Virus record (IMG/VR): IMGVR_UViG_3300050343_000218
DNA: 64,000 nt
Origin: a virus
Reading direction: 5' to 3' (one strand)
Of the stretch, positions 46,130-56,033 are shown in pieces. The translations under genes were made by a program, and so were the position numbers. Each line of letters begins with the position of its first letter. Position 1 is the stretch's first letter. A model generated the notes under the pieces. The model did no database searches. It had not been told where the DNA came from and worked only from the letters and a program-made list of their open reading frames with translations.

Positions 46130-47117
46130 CTTTGCTATAAAGATCTAAGAATGCTTGCTTGGTCTCATCATCGAAACGATTCAGACAAAGCTGAACTGCC
46201 TCAAGACGATCCTGGAAGATGTCAAATGCCTTGACAATATGAACCAAGCGACGGGTGGAGATGATCTCATCAATACCACCATCATAAAATGTCTTACGGA
46301 TGATGTCTGCCCAATCAGAAAGACGCTTGCAGAACTCAGCATCCGAACAAAGCTTATTCAGGATTTTGATTTCGATAGCAGCAGTAGGATATTCCTGCTC
46401 AAAAGTCAATGGGAATCTTTCCAAGAACGCTTCGTTAAGGACATTCGTCCCAACAAACCTACCGTCATCAGAACCCTTACCTTTCGTGTTGGCAGTAGCA
46501 ACCACCGTGAACCCTTTAGCAGGAGTGACCCAACGTCCGATTTTTTTGAGGAACACCCCTTTGCCTTCAAGGATGCTCTGAAGACACAGAATTTTGTTAG
46601 AAGCAAGGTCAATCTCGTCAAGCAAAAGAACAGCACCGCGTTCCAAAGCATCGATAACAGGACCGTTGTGCCATACAGTATTACCATCAACCAACCTGAA
46701 ACCACCAATGAGATCATCCTCATCTGTTTCGATAGTAATGTTAACACGGATAAGTTCTCGATTGAGTTGAGCACAAGCTTGTTCTACACTAAAGGTTTTG
46801 CCATTACCAGACATTCCAGTAACGAACAGTGGATAGAAAATTTCGGATTTGAAAACTTTCTTGATACGATTGAAGTTACCGAAAGGAACAAAGGAAGAGT
46901 CTTGTGCAGGAACAAGATTCTGATTAGCAACAGTTTGTTCAAACTGCTCACGTGCTTCTTTGACAGTCAGGTTCCAACTGCCACGTTTTACTTTGTACTG
47001 TTCGATGTGACGAGTCACGGTAGGATAGGACAGACCTTGCTCGCGAGCATATTTTTTGACTTCTGTGGAACTGATGTCAGAACCAAAGCGGTCGCGAAGA
47101 TCAGAAACGATAGACAT
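46095..47117 (-). CDS. cobS: CobS/MoxR-like AAA+ ATPase
   Basis: GMSGNGKT, DLIGG, LLLDE, NEAFLERF, STRRLV. Confidence 0.9.
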   Translation of the reverse strand: MSIVSDLRDRFGSDISSTEVKKYAREQGLSYPTVTRHIEQYKVKRGSWNLTVKEAREQFEQTVANQNLVPAQDSSFVPFGNFNRIKKVFKSEIFYPLFVTGMSGNGKTFSVEQACAQLNRELIRVNITIETDEDDLIGGFRLVDGNTVWHNGPVIDALERGAVLLLDEIDLASNKILCLQSILEGKGVFLKKIGRWVTPAKGFTVVATANTKGKGSDDGRFVGTNVLNEAFLERFPLTFEQEYPTAAIEIKILNKLCSDAEFCKRLSDWADIIRKTFYDGGIDEIISTRRLVHIVKAFDIFQDRLEAVQLCLNRFDDETKQAFLDLYSKVDDKVEISGDE

Positions 47118-47140
47118 TGGTTTTCTGTGTTGATGTAGTT

Positions 47141-47185
47141 ATTATAGAGGAAGATGCCCCCGTGACCAGGGGCAAATGGACAGTT
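47141..47185 (-). promoter_or_regulatory. Promoter with AACTG box 34 nt upstream of TATAAT
   Basis: AACTG-34 nt with GC hairpin-TATAAT; no canonical -35. Confidence 0.6.
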
Positions 47186-47187
47186 AA

Positions 47188-49254
47188 TCAGCTGACCATA
47201 GCAGCGAAAGAAGACAAGATTTTTTTGTTGACAGACTTGTTTCCAAGAGATTTCTTGAAAGCAGATTTGATTTGAGCTTTACTAGCATTATTATCAACTT
47301 CAAAATCAGTGTCAAGTGACAGTGACTTTGTAGTAATCAAATAGAAGGCATCATAACCAAGACCTTTACCCACAACCATAGTACGTTCCTTACGAAGACG
47401 ACTACGGAATTTATCGGTGTCTTCAATCCCAAGCATCCAAGAAGCAGTACGAACCCAAGCACCAACATCACGATTATCAATCATTCGGAAACAAACAATG
47501 TTTGATTCAGGAAAACTAATTTTTACATTATCAATATAGATTTTCATATTACCAAGATAACCTTGGTCAAAGACTGGGTGAATCACACCACAGTTGCGAT
47601 TGCGAAGTTGTGCACGACCTTCAACCTGTCGAACAAGGTAGCTCTCAGGGTCATCATAAGATTGAATATCTCCTGCAAAACCACCAGCACCAGCTTCACC
47701 ATCAGATAAAACAATGACATTTAATTTTTCAACCTTGTACTTCTTGCGGAAGTAAGGCATCACAGTGTGCAAGGAGTTGATAGCATCAGAAAGAGGAGTG
47801 CCACCAAGTTGACATCCAATTGGATAACCTAAAGCGTTAGCAGCATAGAAGACAGGTACATTTCCATAACTAGAAAAGAAAGCACTAAGACGAAACAAAT
47901 ATTTCAGCTGGTTTTCAAACTCTCTTGCAGAAACATCAGTAGTGATCACGTTGATCAAACTGAAGTTGCTATTAAAACAATATGTATTAGGAGTAGCACG
48001 AAAATTGGTATGCTCACGTGGCCATTCTGTGGTAAACAGATATGCGTTAAAAGGAATCTGAACTTTCTTACAGAACCAAGCAATGTTTGCAAGCTGCTTG
48101 ATCATATTAAAAGAGACATCAGCAATAGAACCAGACCAATCAATTAAAGCAATTAAACCGTGATTCTTTCCATCAGGAATTACGTTGATCTTTCTGAAGA
48201 TATCATCATTATATTTGTACGTATGCAACTTGGCAGTGTCAAGGACACCTGTCTTAGACACTGTAGTCCGAGCATATGCAGCTGCAGACTTCTTACACTC
48301 AAACTCTTTGACAAGATAATTAACCTCACGTGCAGCAGACTTACGGTACATAGCAAACTCAGAGTCAGCAATAGAAGTATCCGTATGAGAATAGTGCTCC
48401 TCACATACTTTAAGAAAATCAGAATTGCTTACTACTAAGTCTTCGACTTTCATACCAGGAATCTCGATGACTGTATTCTCATCGTAATGATTAGTGCTGG
48501 CACGATTCTCCAGAGCATCAGAGAAATGCTCAGCAGTAGTCACAGAGTCGTGCCAACCGCTACCACCAACCGAAGAATCGCTTTCTTCATTTACATCTTC
48601 CCCATCGTCTCCAGAATCGTCTGTATCACCCTCATCTGCTTGCTGCTCTATAGGACTGGAAGAACCACTGTTAGACCCTTCCTGAGTGCCATTCAAAGGT
48701 ATCTCCACGCTCTGCTCATCATTACTATGGAGTGCTGCCATCAAACGTGCTGCTTCAACAGCTTCATCAAACGTTTCTGCCTGATCTACCAAAGAAACAA
48801 TGTGCTGCTCCTCAACAGAAAATTTGATGTCGATGAAGTGACCGATCTTGAAGTGAAGATTGACACGATCAGCAAGAGACATTGCGTTGACATCTTCATT
48901 GTCAATGCCAAAGAAATCCATCGCTTGGAGCTGACGGTAACCTTCAAAGAAATCTTTACGGAGACCCAAGTACTTACGCTTCATTAGTTTCTCAACACGA
49001 GCATCCTCAGTCACGTTGACATAATCCTTAGGAGCTCCACAGTCAGTCATATCACGATCAGGAGTAAACAGAGCGTGACCAACTTCGTGACCCACTAGAA
49101 GATCATAGACGCGAGACGAGAGACCTTTCCAAATAGGAAGAGTCAGCATACGACTGTGCACATCAAAGGAAGCAGTCTTAACTGCCTTGTGTTGAACCAG
49201 CAAATTTTCTGTAGCAAGCAGTTTAGCAAGGTTGCCTTTGATCTCTTGGTTCAT
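47188..49254 (-). CDS. CobT-like protein: HExxH domain plus vWA domain
   Basis: HEVGH; MIDAS DWSGS, GGTP, SDGE. Confidence 0.8.
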   Translation of the reverse strand: MNQEIKGNLAKLLATENLLVQHKAVKTASFDVHSRMLTLPIWKGLSSRVYDLLVGHEVGHALFTPDRDMTDCGAPKDYVNVTEDARVEKLMKRKYLGLRKDFFEGYRQLQAMDFFGIDNEDVNAMSLADRVNLHFKIGHFIDIKFSVEEQHIVSLVDQAETFDEAVEAARLMAALHSNDEQSVEIPLNGTQEGSNSGSSSPIEQQADEGDTDDSGDDGEDVNEESDSSVGGSGWHDSVTTAEHFSDALENRASTNHYDENTVIEIPGMKVEDLVVSNSDFLKVCEEHYSHTDTSIADSEFAMYRKSAAREVNYLVKEFECKKSAAAYARTTVSKTGVLDTAKLHTYKYNDDIFRKINVIPDGKNHGLIALIDWSGSIADVSFNMIKQLANIAWFCKKVQIPFNAYLFTTEWPREHTNFRATPNTYCFNSNFSLINVITTDVSAREFENQLKYLFRLSAFFSSYGNVPVFYAANALGYPIGCQLGGTPLSDAINSLHTVMPYFRKKYKVEKLNVIVLSDGEAGAGGFAGDIQSYDDPESYLVRQVEGRAQLRNRNCGVIHPVFDQGYLGNMKIYIDNVKISFPESNIVCFRMIDNRDVGAWVRTASWMLGIEDTDKFRSRLRKERTMVVGKGLGYDAFYLITTKSLSLDTDFEVDNNASKAQIKSAFKKSLGNKSVNKKILSSFAAMVS

Positions 49255-49275
49255 TGCTCTCCTGTGTATGCAGAC

Positions 49276-49320
49276 ATTATAAAACCCCTGTCCCGTATTA
49301 GGAGATCAGGGGTGCCAGTT
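49276..49320 (-). promoter_or_regulatory. Promoter with AACTG box 34 nt upstream of TATAAT
   Basis: Same geometry as 47141-47185. Confidence 0.6.
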
Positions 49321-49885
49321 GTGAAAGTGTCAGTGCCTCAGTTTCAGCAGTGACTGGTGGTTTCCATTCCAGGTTTCCAGATACAGAAACTCGCGGTTCG
49401 TCTTCTGTGTGCTCTATGACAGAATGAACAATGGCAGAAGGAAAAATTATGATATCACCAGCTGCAAAACTAAAGTTAATAGATTCGTAGAAGTGTCCTT
49501 CCTTATGTTCAAACTCTCTTAGAATTCTAAACTGATCAAAGACGTTTGGATTTTGTAGTTTCAATCCTGTGGAATCTGTCAGATACCAAACAAACGACAG
49601 ATCAGCTCCAGGATGGCAGTGAGGAACGTTCTCATCTCCTTTACGATTAATGTTTACCCAAGCAGACTGTAATTTAAATGCAGAAACTGCATTTGCCAAA
49701 TAAGTTTTTAGAGGATTCAAATAAGGATCGTTACGACAGTCTTTAGATTGCCACCCACCCCTATTAGATTTTTTTCTTCCTGAAGAAAGATCGGATTGAG
49801 TCAACCAGTAAGGCAGTGAACCATCAGGGATATCAATATGCCCTTTAAAAATAGGAGTGGCAAATATAGGAAAGTAGTCAAGCAT
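49298..49885 (-). CDS. Putative 2OG-Fe(II) oxygenase (TIGR02466-like)
   Basis: AWVN..HCH..LSFVWY..IIFPSAIVH..RVSVSGN. Confidence 0.8.
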   Translation of the reverse strand: MLDYFPIFATPIFKGHIDIPDGSLPYWLTQSDLSSGRKKSNRGGWQSKDCRNDPYLNPLKTYLANAVSAFKLQSAWVNINRKGDENVPHCHPGADLSFVWYLTDSTGLKLQNPNVFDQFRILREFEHKEGHFYESINFSFAAGDIIIFPSAIVHSVIEHTEDEPRVSVSGNLEWKPPVTAETEALTLSQLAPLIS

Positions 49886-49886
49886 A

Positions 49887-50069
49887 TTATTCTTCTTCGT
49901 TCATATGTTGAAGAAGAGATTCAATCTCTTGGATATGCTCAACATTAAAGATCATCTCTCCAATGCTTTTAATGATGAAAGGACTCTCTGCTCTAGCAGC
50001 AAATGCCAACGCTTCACGTAAATGCTTTTGAGCTTCTTTGAGAGAATCTTGTACTTGTTCGGAAACCAT
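49887..50069 (-). CDS. Conserved cyanophage hypothetical protein
   Basis: QVQDSLKEAQKHLREALAFAARAESP. Confidence 0.6.
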   Translation of the reverse strand: MVSEQVQDSLKEAQKHLREALAFAARAESPFIIKSIGEMIFNVEHIQEIESLLQHMNEEE

Positions 50070-50070
50070 T

Positions 50071-51813
50071 TTAAACTACTGCGATACTATGGGGTGATTC
50101 TTGAACTTCTAACTTAGAGAAGTTTTGAGGTTTTGTAAATTGCAGAACCCTATCGAATTTATCGGTAAGGTTATCTCTATGAGAAATGACAAAGACGTTT
50201 GCGTTTTCGTTGAACGACCTTAGGATAAAGGATAACTCATCAGACCCAACTGTGTCAAGAGACCCGTCAAAGATCTCGTCAAGAATCAATAGATTAGTAT
50301 CCACAGAATTCTTGAGCTTAGCAACAGAACGCCAAGTAAGCAGAAGACTGATGTCAATACGAGCTTTCTCTCCTTCCGAGAAATTTTCATAACTAAATTC
50401 GTCGATGTAACGTGACTTCAGGACTTCTTTAAATTCTTCATCTAAAGTAAAATTGCAGAAGAATTGCAACTGATTCAAATACTTATTGATCAGCTTGTTC
50501 ATTACGGGAAGATACTTCTTGATGATCCTCGTTTTGATCCCTGAATCTTTTAGCAGCAGACCTGCTGTTGAATGCAGGTCCATCTGTTTCTTCGATTCTA
50601 TAAGATCGCCAGTGACTTGTTTGAGAGATTCATTCATCTGTAAAAGTTTCTTAGCTTCTTCTTTGACAGAAGACTCATCAGATACCAGACCTTTGATCTC
50701 TCTTTGAAGTCCTTTACGCTGACCATCAAGAGTAGATATCACCCCCTGTTGTTTGTACGTGATCTGAGTGCAGTCCCTGATAGCATTTGTATACTCCGTT
50801 AGTTGTTCTAATGGTGAAATAATTTCAGTAAGGCGTTGATCGATGTCAGCAAACGCGACTTCGATTTCTCCGATCTTACCGTCAAGTTGTTCAATCTGTT
50901 CAAATTTAAAATCCTCACTGATTGGTTGCTTGCAGGTAGGGCAGTGTTCAGTATCGAGATAGAATCTCTTATCACCTGAAAGCTTACTTACCCTTCGCTG
51001 TAACTTCATTGATAACGATTCGAGATCTGCTCTACGCTTCTGGGGGTTGTTGAGAGAATCAATCTGTTGAGTGATCTCCTCAATCATTTTAGTAGCGTCA
51101 GTAATCTTTTCTTTACAAGAGTCTTGACTCTTGATAATGTCACGAAGTTGATCTTTCTTCTGTTCGATATCTTTAGTCTTCTTTTCCTCCAGTTGTTGGA
51201 TAAAACCTTTTTGAAGTTCAATCTTCTCTTTAACACTTTGTGCGTTTAAATTGTGCGTTTGCACAGCGTCTCTGATTTGCTTGAGGCGAACCTTGAGAAC
51301 TTCATTCATTGAGGAGAATACATTAATATCTAGGAGATCTTCAATGATCTCTCTACGAGCTGGAAGAGGCAAACGCATAAAAGGTACGAATGTACTGCTA
51401 CCCAGAACCACAATCTGTGTGAAAGATTTGTAGTTTAGCTTAAGAACGTTCTGCTCTAGATTCTTTTGCTGATCTACAGCATTGCTGTTTTGATCAAGCA
51501 TCCGACCATCCACATAGATCTCAAATATGTTTGGTTTGATGCCACGAATTATTTTATATTCTTTACGTCCAATACTAAATTCAATCTCAACTAGAGTGCC
51601 TTTCTCATTGACACTGTTGACTAGTTGAGGTTTGTTAACTTTACGAAATGGTTTACCAAATAGTCCAAAGGTAAACGCATCTAAGATAGTTGATTTGCCA
51701 GCACCATTAGTGCCAATAATTAAGTTTGTTGCAGCTCCAGTAATCTGCACTTCGGTAAACGTATCACCCGTGCTTAGGAGGTTCTTCCATCGAATCTTCT
51801 GGAACAGGATCAT
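50071..51813 (-). CDS. gp46: Recombination ATPase (Rad50/SbcC-like)
   Basis: GTNGAGKS, CPTC hook, FSEGE, LDEIFD. Confidence 0.97.
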   Translation of the reverse strand: MILFQKIRWKNLLSTGDTFTEVQITGAATNLIIGTNGAGKSTILDAFTFGLFGKPFRKVNKPQLVNSVNEKGTLVEIEFSIGRKEYKIIRGIKPNIFEIYVDGRMLDQNSNAVDQQKNLEQNVLKLNYKSFTQIVVLGSSTFVPFMRLPLPARREIIEDLLDINVFSSMNEVLKVRLKQIRDAVQTHNLNAQSVKEKIELQKGFIQQLEEKKTKDIEQKKDQLRDIIKSQDSCKEKITDATKMIEEITQQIDSLNNPQKRRADLESLSMKLQRRVSKLSGDKRFYLDTEHCPTCKQPISEDFKFEQIEQLDGKIGEIEVAFADIDQRLTEIISPLEQLTEYTNAIRDCTQITYKQQGVISTLDGQRKGLQREIKGLVSDESSVKEEAKKLLQMNESLKQVTGDLIESKKQMDLHSTAGLLLKDSGIKTRIIKKYLPVMNKLINKYLNQLQFFCNFTLDEEFKEVLKSRYIDEFSYENFSEGEKARIDISLLLTWRSVAKLKNSVDTNLLILDEIFDGSLDTVGSDELSFILRSFNENANVFVISHRDNLTDKFDRVLQFTKPQNFSKLEVQESPHSIAVV

Positions 51814-52072
51814 CTTTATCGAGTGGGGGAATAACGAGAACGTCTGGAGTAATAATACTATATTTGCAGTTAACCTTTTCGCAAGTGGAAATCACTTCCT
51901 TGTCTGCGACCTTGGTAACTACGATTGGTGGGAAGTCTTCTGCTTCCAATAATCCAGCATACCGCATTGCATCATCTTTGTCAACAAACAAATAGAGGAC
52001 GTTTTCACCGTGCTCATCGTGCACAGCGTAAGCGCCCTCTCCTTGGTGACCGTCTAAAGTGATGATAAACAC
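51764..52072 (-). CDS. Conserved hypothetical protein between gp47 and gp46
   Basis: EGAYAV..LYLF..DDAMRYAGLLEA..VIPP. Confidence 0.7.
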   Translation of the reverse strand: MFIITLDGHQGEGAYAVHDEHGENVLYLFVDKDDAMRYAGLLEAEDFPPIVVTKVADKEVISTCEKVNCKYSIITPDVLVIPPLDKDDPVPEDSMEEPPKHG

Positions 52073-53118
52073 TATGCTACTTCACAACTTTCAATATATA
52101 GTGATTTCATTAAATTCTTAAGTGCGGTTTTGTCTACATCGACAGTCACTTCATCTAAGTATTCGTCAAGCAATGTCAGAGTATCTTTGACATCTAAAGC
52201 ATCAGCTTCAGGGTCATCAAACACTCCGACTTTTTCCACAACCTTAACATCGTGAGCACCTGCATCATACAAAGTATTAAGCATTAGCTCAAAGTCTGAG
52301 TAGTTAGTTTTTTGCTCGACAATAACTTTTACGTATTTGCTGGCATAGTCATTGGGATCGAGTTGAGCAGGACAATCTGCAGAATCATTCCAATAAATTT
52401 TAGCAAACATTTCGTACGGGTTTTTCACCATACGTATTTTTAATGTTTCTGTATCAAAGGTGTGGAAACCACGAGTGTCACCGTAGTCATTCCAATACAT
52501 CTGATACGGGTTACCAAGATAGGTAATGTTACCCTTAGAGTTCTTATGGTGGAAGTGTCCGCTCAGTACAACATCAAAGTTAGAAAAGAGGTTAGCGTCC
52601 ATTCCACTGTCATAGCGGAAACCAGGGCGAGCAAGATACCCGTTGAGCTCGAGATGCCCCATTGCAACTCTTGAGGAGGAATCACGAACTTTCGTAAGGG
52701 ACAGGTCATAATTGTCAGAGCAAATCCAAGGAACAAAAAGAATACTTGTTCCACCGATCTCAACGTCAGTGGGTTCTTTGTATACAATCACATTGTCATA
52801 CTCGTTGAGCAACAGCTCCATCGAATTGACTTTGTTGGTGTTCTTATAGTATGCAGTGTGATTGCCAACAACGGTATGGACAGTGACGCCCATATCGCGG
52901 AGAACATTATAGTAAGTCTCCTTTGCCCATTCAAGAGAAACAAAGTCGATACTCTTGCGGTTGTCAAAAGTATCACCGAGATCAAGAACGGTTGTGATTT
53001 TGTTCTTCTTCAAATAAGGGAAGAACACGTTCTCATAGAAGCGTTGATAATACTCTCGGTAGATGTAACTACCTTTATGAGAACCAAAGTGTTGGTCGGT
53101 AATTACAGCAACCTTCAT
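52072..53118 (-). CDS. gp47: Recombination nuclease (Mre11/SbcD-like)
   Basis: DQHFG, GDTFD, GNH, GHLE, SGHFH. Confidence 0.97.
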   Translation of the reverse strand: MKVAVITDQHFGSHKGSYIYREYYQRFYENVFFPYLKKNKITTVLDLGDTFDNRKSIDFVSLEWAKETYYNVLRDMGVTVHTVVGNHTAYYKNTNKVNSMELLLNEYDNVIVYKEPTDVEIGGTSILFVPWICSDNYDLSLTKVRDSSSRVAMGHLELNGYLARPGFRYDSGMDANLFSNFDVVLSGHFHHKNSKGNITYLGNPYQMYWNDYGDTRGFHTFDTETLKIRMVKNPYEMFAKIYWNDSADCPAQLDPNDYASKYVKVIVEQKTNYSDFELMLNTLYDAGAHDVKVVEKVGVFDDPEADALDVKDTLTLLDEYLDEVTVDVDKTALKNLMKSLYIESCEVA

Positions 53119-53606
53119 CGCGACATTCTAATCTCAATGTTTTCTTTAATGGAATTGAGTCCCGAATCCGATTCGTTCATCCCTGACATACTACCATCAA
53201 ACCGATCAGAATGCAACACCTCGGCATACCCACACCGCTCAATGAGCTTAGTGCGAATCTCGAGCTGCTTTTTCTCCTTCTGAATACGACGCAAGAAGGC
53301 GTAGTAAATGATCTGGGTGAAGTAAGCGAACGGATTCTTAGACTTCTCTGGATCGAAATTATCGACGTACTGCAAGCAGTTCTCGATACCATCGCAAACC
53401 ATATCTTCGCGAAACATATAGTTGACGAAGTTAGGTTTATAACTTAGGTGAGTGGCAATCTTGAGAAAACACTCGGCAATGTACCGTGGAAGAAGAGGAC
53501 GAGTAAGATCATTCATCTTGGCATAAGCAACCTTGTCACGAAATTCAACGATCGCGGCAAGGAATTCTTTGTTATTAACGTAATACTCTGTTTTAGCTTT
53601 TGCCAT
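53115..53606 (-). CDS. gp55: Late-transcription sigma factor
   Basis: YVNNKEF, NFVNY, NPFAYFTQI..AFLRRI.KEK. Confidence 0.96.
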   Translation of the reverse strand: MAKAKTEYYVNNKEFLAAIVEFRDKVAYAKMNDLTRPLLPRYIAECFLKIATHLSYKPNFVNYMFREDMVCDGIENCLQYVDNFDPEKSKNPFAYFTQIIYYAFLRRIQKEKKQLEIRTKLIERCGYAEVLHSDRFDGSMSGMNESDSGLNSIKENIEIRMSR

Positions 53607-53662
53607 TTGTCGATAATTCGATGTGTTTATTATAGCATATAATGGTGGATCTAGGGGTAAGC

Positions 53663-53691
53663 TTGACAGCCCTCTAAGATATCTGTATAAT
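53663..53691 (+). promoter_or_regulatory. Consensus sigma70 promoter in antisense orientation
   Basis: TTGACA-17 nt-TATAAT on plus strand. Confidence 0.7.
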
Positions 53692-53731
53692 AACAGTGTC
53701 GCTGTTGAGAAACACCAGAGCTTCTAAAGGG

Positions 53732-54139
53732 TTAGCTTCTATAGAGTTTTTCAAATTTGAATCTGTATTCATTGATCGTACCTATGTGACCCATATCAGC
53801 TGTTGGTTTGATCCTATTCGACATAGAGTTGCGGAATACCATAGAGATATTGTTCTCATAGAATTTCCCGATCGACTCGTTCGCTTCGGTCATCGTAATT
53901 ATTCTATCAGTAGTTAGCAGAAAAAACTCATCTTGTTCCATAGCAGATTTCATCCAGAGATCCAACTTGAATCCTTTGATCATATGACTTTCGTCTTTGC
54001 TGCTTGCTTCCACAACCATCATAGGATTTTGGAGCATCAAAACATTATCTTCTTCTGACCAAGCAACCCAAGAAATGAGCTCCTCACCAGTAGTCAATTT
54101 AAGTATTCCGATAAAAGGTTCTTCTAATGGATCTAACAT
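53732..54139 (-). CDS. Conserved T4-like hypothetical protein (Sm-like)
   Basis: ILKLTTGEELI..LQNP..WM..IITMTE. Confidence 0.7.
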   Translation of the reverse strand: MLDPLEEPFIGILKLTTGEELISWVAWSEEDNVLMLQNPMMVVEASSKDESHMIKGFKLDLWMKSAMEQDEFFLLTTDRIITMTEANESIGKFYENNISMVFRNSMSNRIKPTADMGHIGTINEYRFKFEKLYRS

Positions 54140-54142
54140 AGG

Positions 54143-55600
54143 CTAAAATTTAGAACGTACTTTGATTACTTCGTAATCGAATTTTTCTTCCATATAGATT
54201 TTGACACGTTCTTCAAAATGTTTATAAGTAAAATTCTTCCACTCCCCCCGAGAGATATCATCAGCGATATCATATAGAGTGGCAACGTGTTTGTCTTTTG
54301 ATTTTCTCAGCACTCGTCCAATGGATTGTAAGTTGCGAATACGCGACTTGGACGGTGAAGCAAAAATAATATTGTGTAGCTTCTTTATGTTGATGCCAGT
54401 TGAGAATGTTCCGTAAGACGCAATGATAATTGCATCGCGTTCCGTTTCCGTAATCCTACGAACTTCTTCTCGGTCTTCTACATCAACACCCCCGTGGACA
54501 AAGAACACTTTCCTATCCGTACTATTATTTATCAACTCGTATAAAGGTTCTCCGTGACGTTCTACGTAGTTGAATAGCACAAGACTATTGCCTGATGCAT
54601 CCAAGCACAGATTTTTAATAAGCTTATTACGTTTGGGATGTGTAATCAAATAATCAATCTCATCGTGGTACGTATCAAATATACTCCACTCGTGCTTAAG
54701 CAATAGACATTTTACTTTAAGCGGAGTAAGATACCCACCTTCCATTAACTCCTTAGTTTTGACTAGTTGCTCGCACGGTCCAAACAATCCTTCTAGGATC
54801 CACTGGTGTGTTTGAATACCGTCAAGTGTACCTGTAAAACCAATCCTATATTTTACATTATGACATTTAGTCATAATCTTTGTGAGAGACTTTGACTTAA
54901 ACAAGTGAGCTTCGTCACCAATCACACAGTCAAACTTTTCAAACCATTTACGTGGTTCTTTGTAAATAGATTGCCAAGTTGTGATTACTACGTTAGACTC
55001 CTTATACTTATCCTGACCCGCGTAAATCTTGTGACAATGCTTGCTAGCATTCCAACCGTAATCTTCAAAGTCCTTGTACATCTGTTCTACCAAGCTTGTG
55101 GTAGGAACAATCAGCAAGACCTTGCGCTTCATAGCGACGTGGTATCTGGCAATGCCATAGACCATCAAAGACTTACCACTGGCAGTCGGGGACAGCAGCA
55201 GTTTACGATTATATTTCAGAGCTTGGTATACACCTTCGATCTGATAGATCCTAGGTTCGAGTTTAGTAATGCCTTGCATAAAAGTACGAACACCAGACAG
55301 ACTAACCTCTTGGTTCATCTCGTCAGGCATACCGAAGAACTTATTATCTTCGTACGAGATGGTGTATCGCATTGTTTTACACCAATGCAACAGGTGTTCA
55401 GTTAGTCCGCCATATATTTCTCCATTGCCAGGAGAGTATAGACGGATCTTTCCGTCCCATACTTTCTTCCTGTATAGAGGCATAAATTTTGCTTCGGGAA
55501 CCTCAAAAGTAAAGTACTCGGAGAGCTCTCTATGAACGTGAGGTTCCGCTGTGATGACGTTATATACTTCGTTCTTTTTCTGGAGGTTAATGTCCGCCAC
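54143..55600 (-). CDS. uvsW: UvsW helicase
   Basis: PTASGKS, GDEAH, FTGT, QSIGRVLR; GTG start at 55600. Confidence 0.96.
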   Translation of the reverse strand: MADINLQKKNEVYNVITAEPHVHRELSEYFTFEVPEAKFMPLYRKKVWDGKIRLYSPGNGEIYGGLTEHLLHWCKTMRYTISYEDNKFFGMPDEMNQEVSLSGVRTFMQGITKLEPRIYQIEGVYQALKYNRKLLLSPTASGKSLMVYGIARYHVAMKRKVLLIVPTTSLVEQMYKDFEDYGWNASKHCHKIYAGQDKYKESNVVITTWQSIYKEPRKWFEKFDCVIGDEAHLFKSKSLTKIMTKCHNVKYRIGFTGTLDGIQTHQWILEGLFGPCEQLVKTKELMEGGYLTPLKVKCLLLKHEWSIFDTYHDEIDYLITHPKRNKLIKNLCLDASGNSLVLFNYVERHGEPLYELINNSTDRKVFFVHGGVDVEDREEVRRITETERDAIIIASYGTFSTGINIKKLHNIIFASPSKSRIRNLQSIGRVLRKSKDKHVATLYDIADDISRGEWKNFTYKHFEERVKIYMEEKFDYEVIKVRSKF

Positions 55601-56033
55601 TTCTAAATTTCTCCCACTCAATAGCATTTTTAATTTGATATTGACGAGTAGAGATTTGTTTAAGAACCGATTCTAAAAAGAACAAGATCATTTTGTAATA
55701 CTCTATCTTTGCGGTGACCTTTGCTAGGTCTTGATCCGCATTAATAAACATCTCTACTTCGTCTTTAGTAGTCAACTTGAGATCGAACGGCACGTCCTTG
55801 TATGCTGTAGCAGGTGCCTTCTTTTTATAATACAACCACTTATCTTTGTACTGAAATTTGTATGCAAACTCCTGGTCAATTAATCTTGACTTGGTGTCGC
55901 AAAAAATTTCTAGATACTTAGAGTGTAGGTAGGGTGTTTCATTACAAGCTTTAAGAAAATCTGGGTAACCATCATTTCCTTCTAGGACAGCGGAATCATT
56001 CTTCCACATCTCCTTCAATTGGTCAAGGTTCAT
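55587..56033 (-). CDS. uvsY: Recombination mediator
   Basis: MWKND, LHSKYL, QIKNAIEW.KF. Confidence 0.88.
   Translation of the reverse strand: MNLDQLKEMWKNDSAVLEGNDGYPDFLKACNETPYLHSKYLEIFCDTKSRLIDQEFAYKFQYKDKWLYYKKKAPATAYKDVPFDLKLTTKDEVEMFINADQDLAKVTAKIEYYKMILFFLESVLKQISTRQYQIKNAIEWEKFRSGGH

Noticed and set aside
46155-47138. 327-aa plus-strand ORF
   Set aside because: Antisense shadow of cobS; no motifs, RBS or promoter
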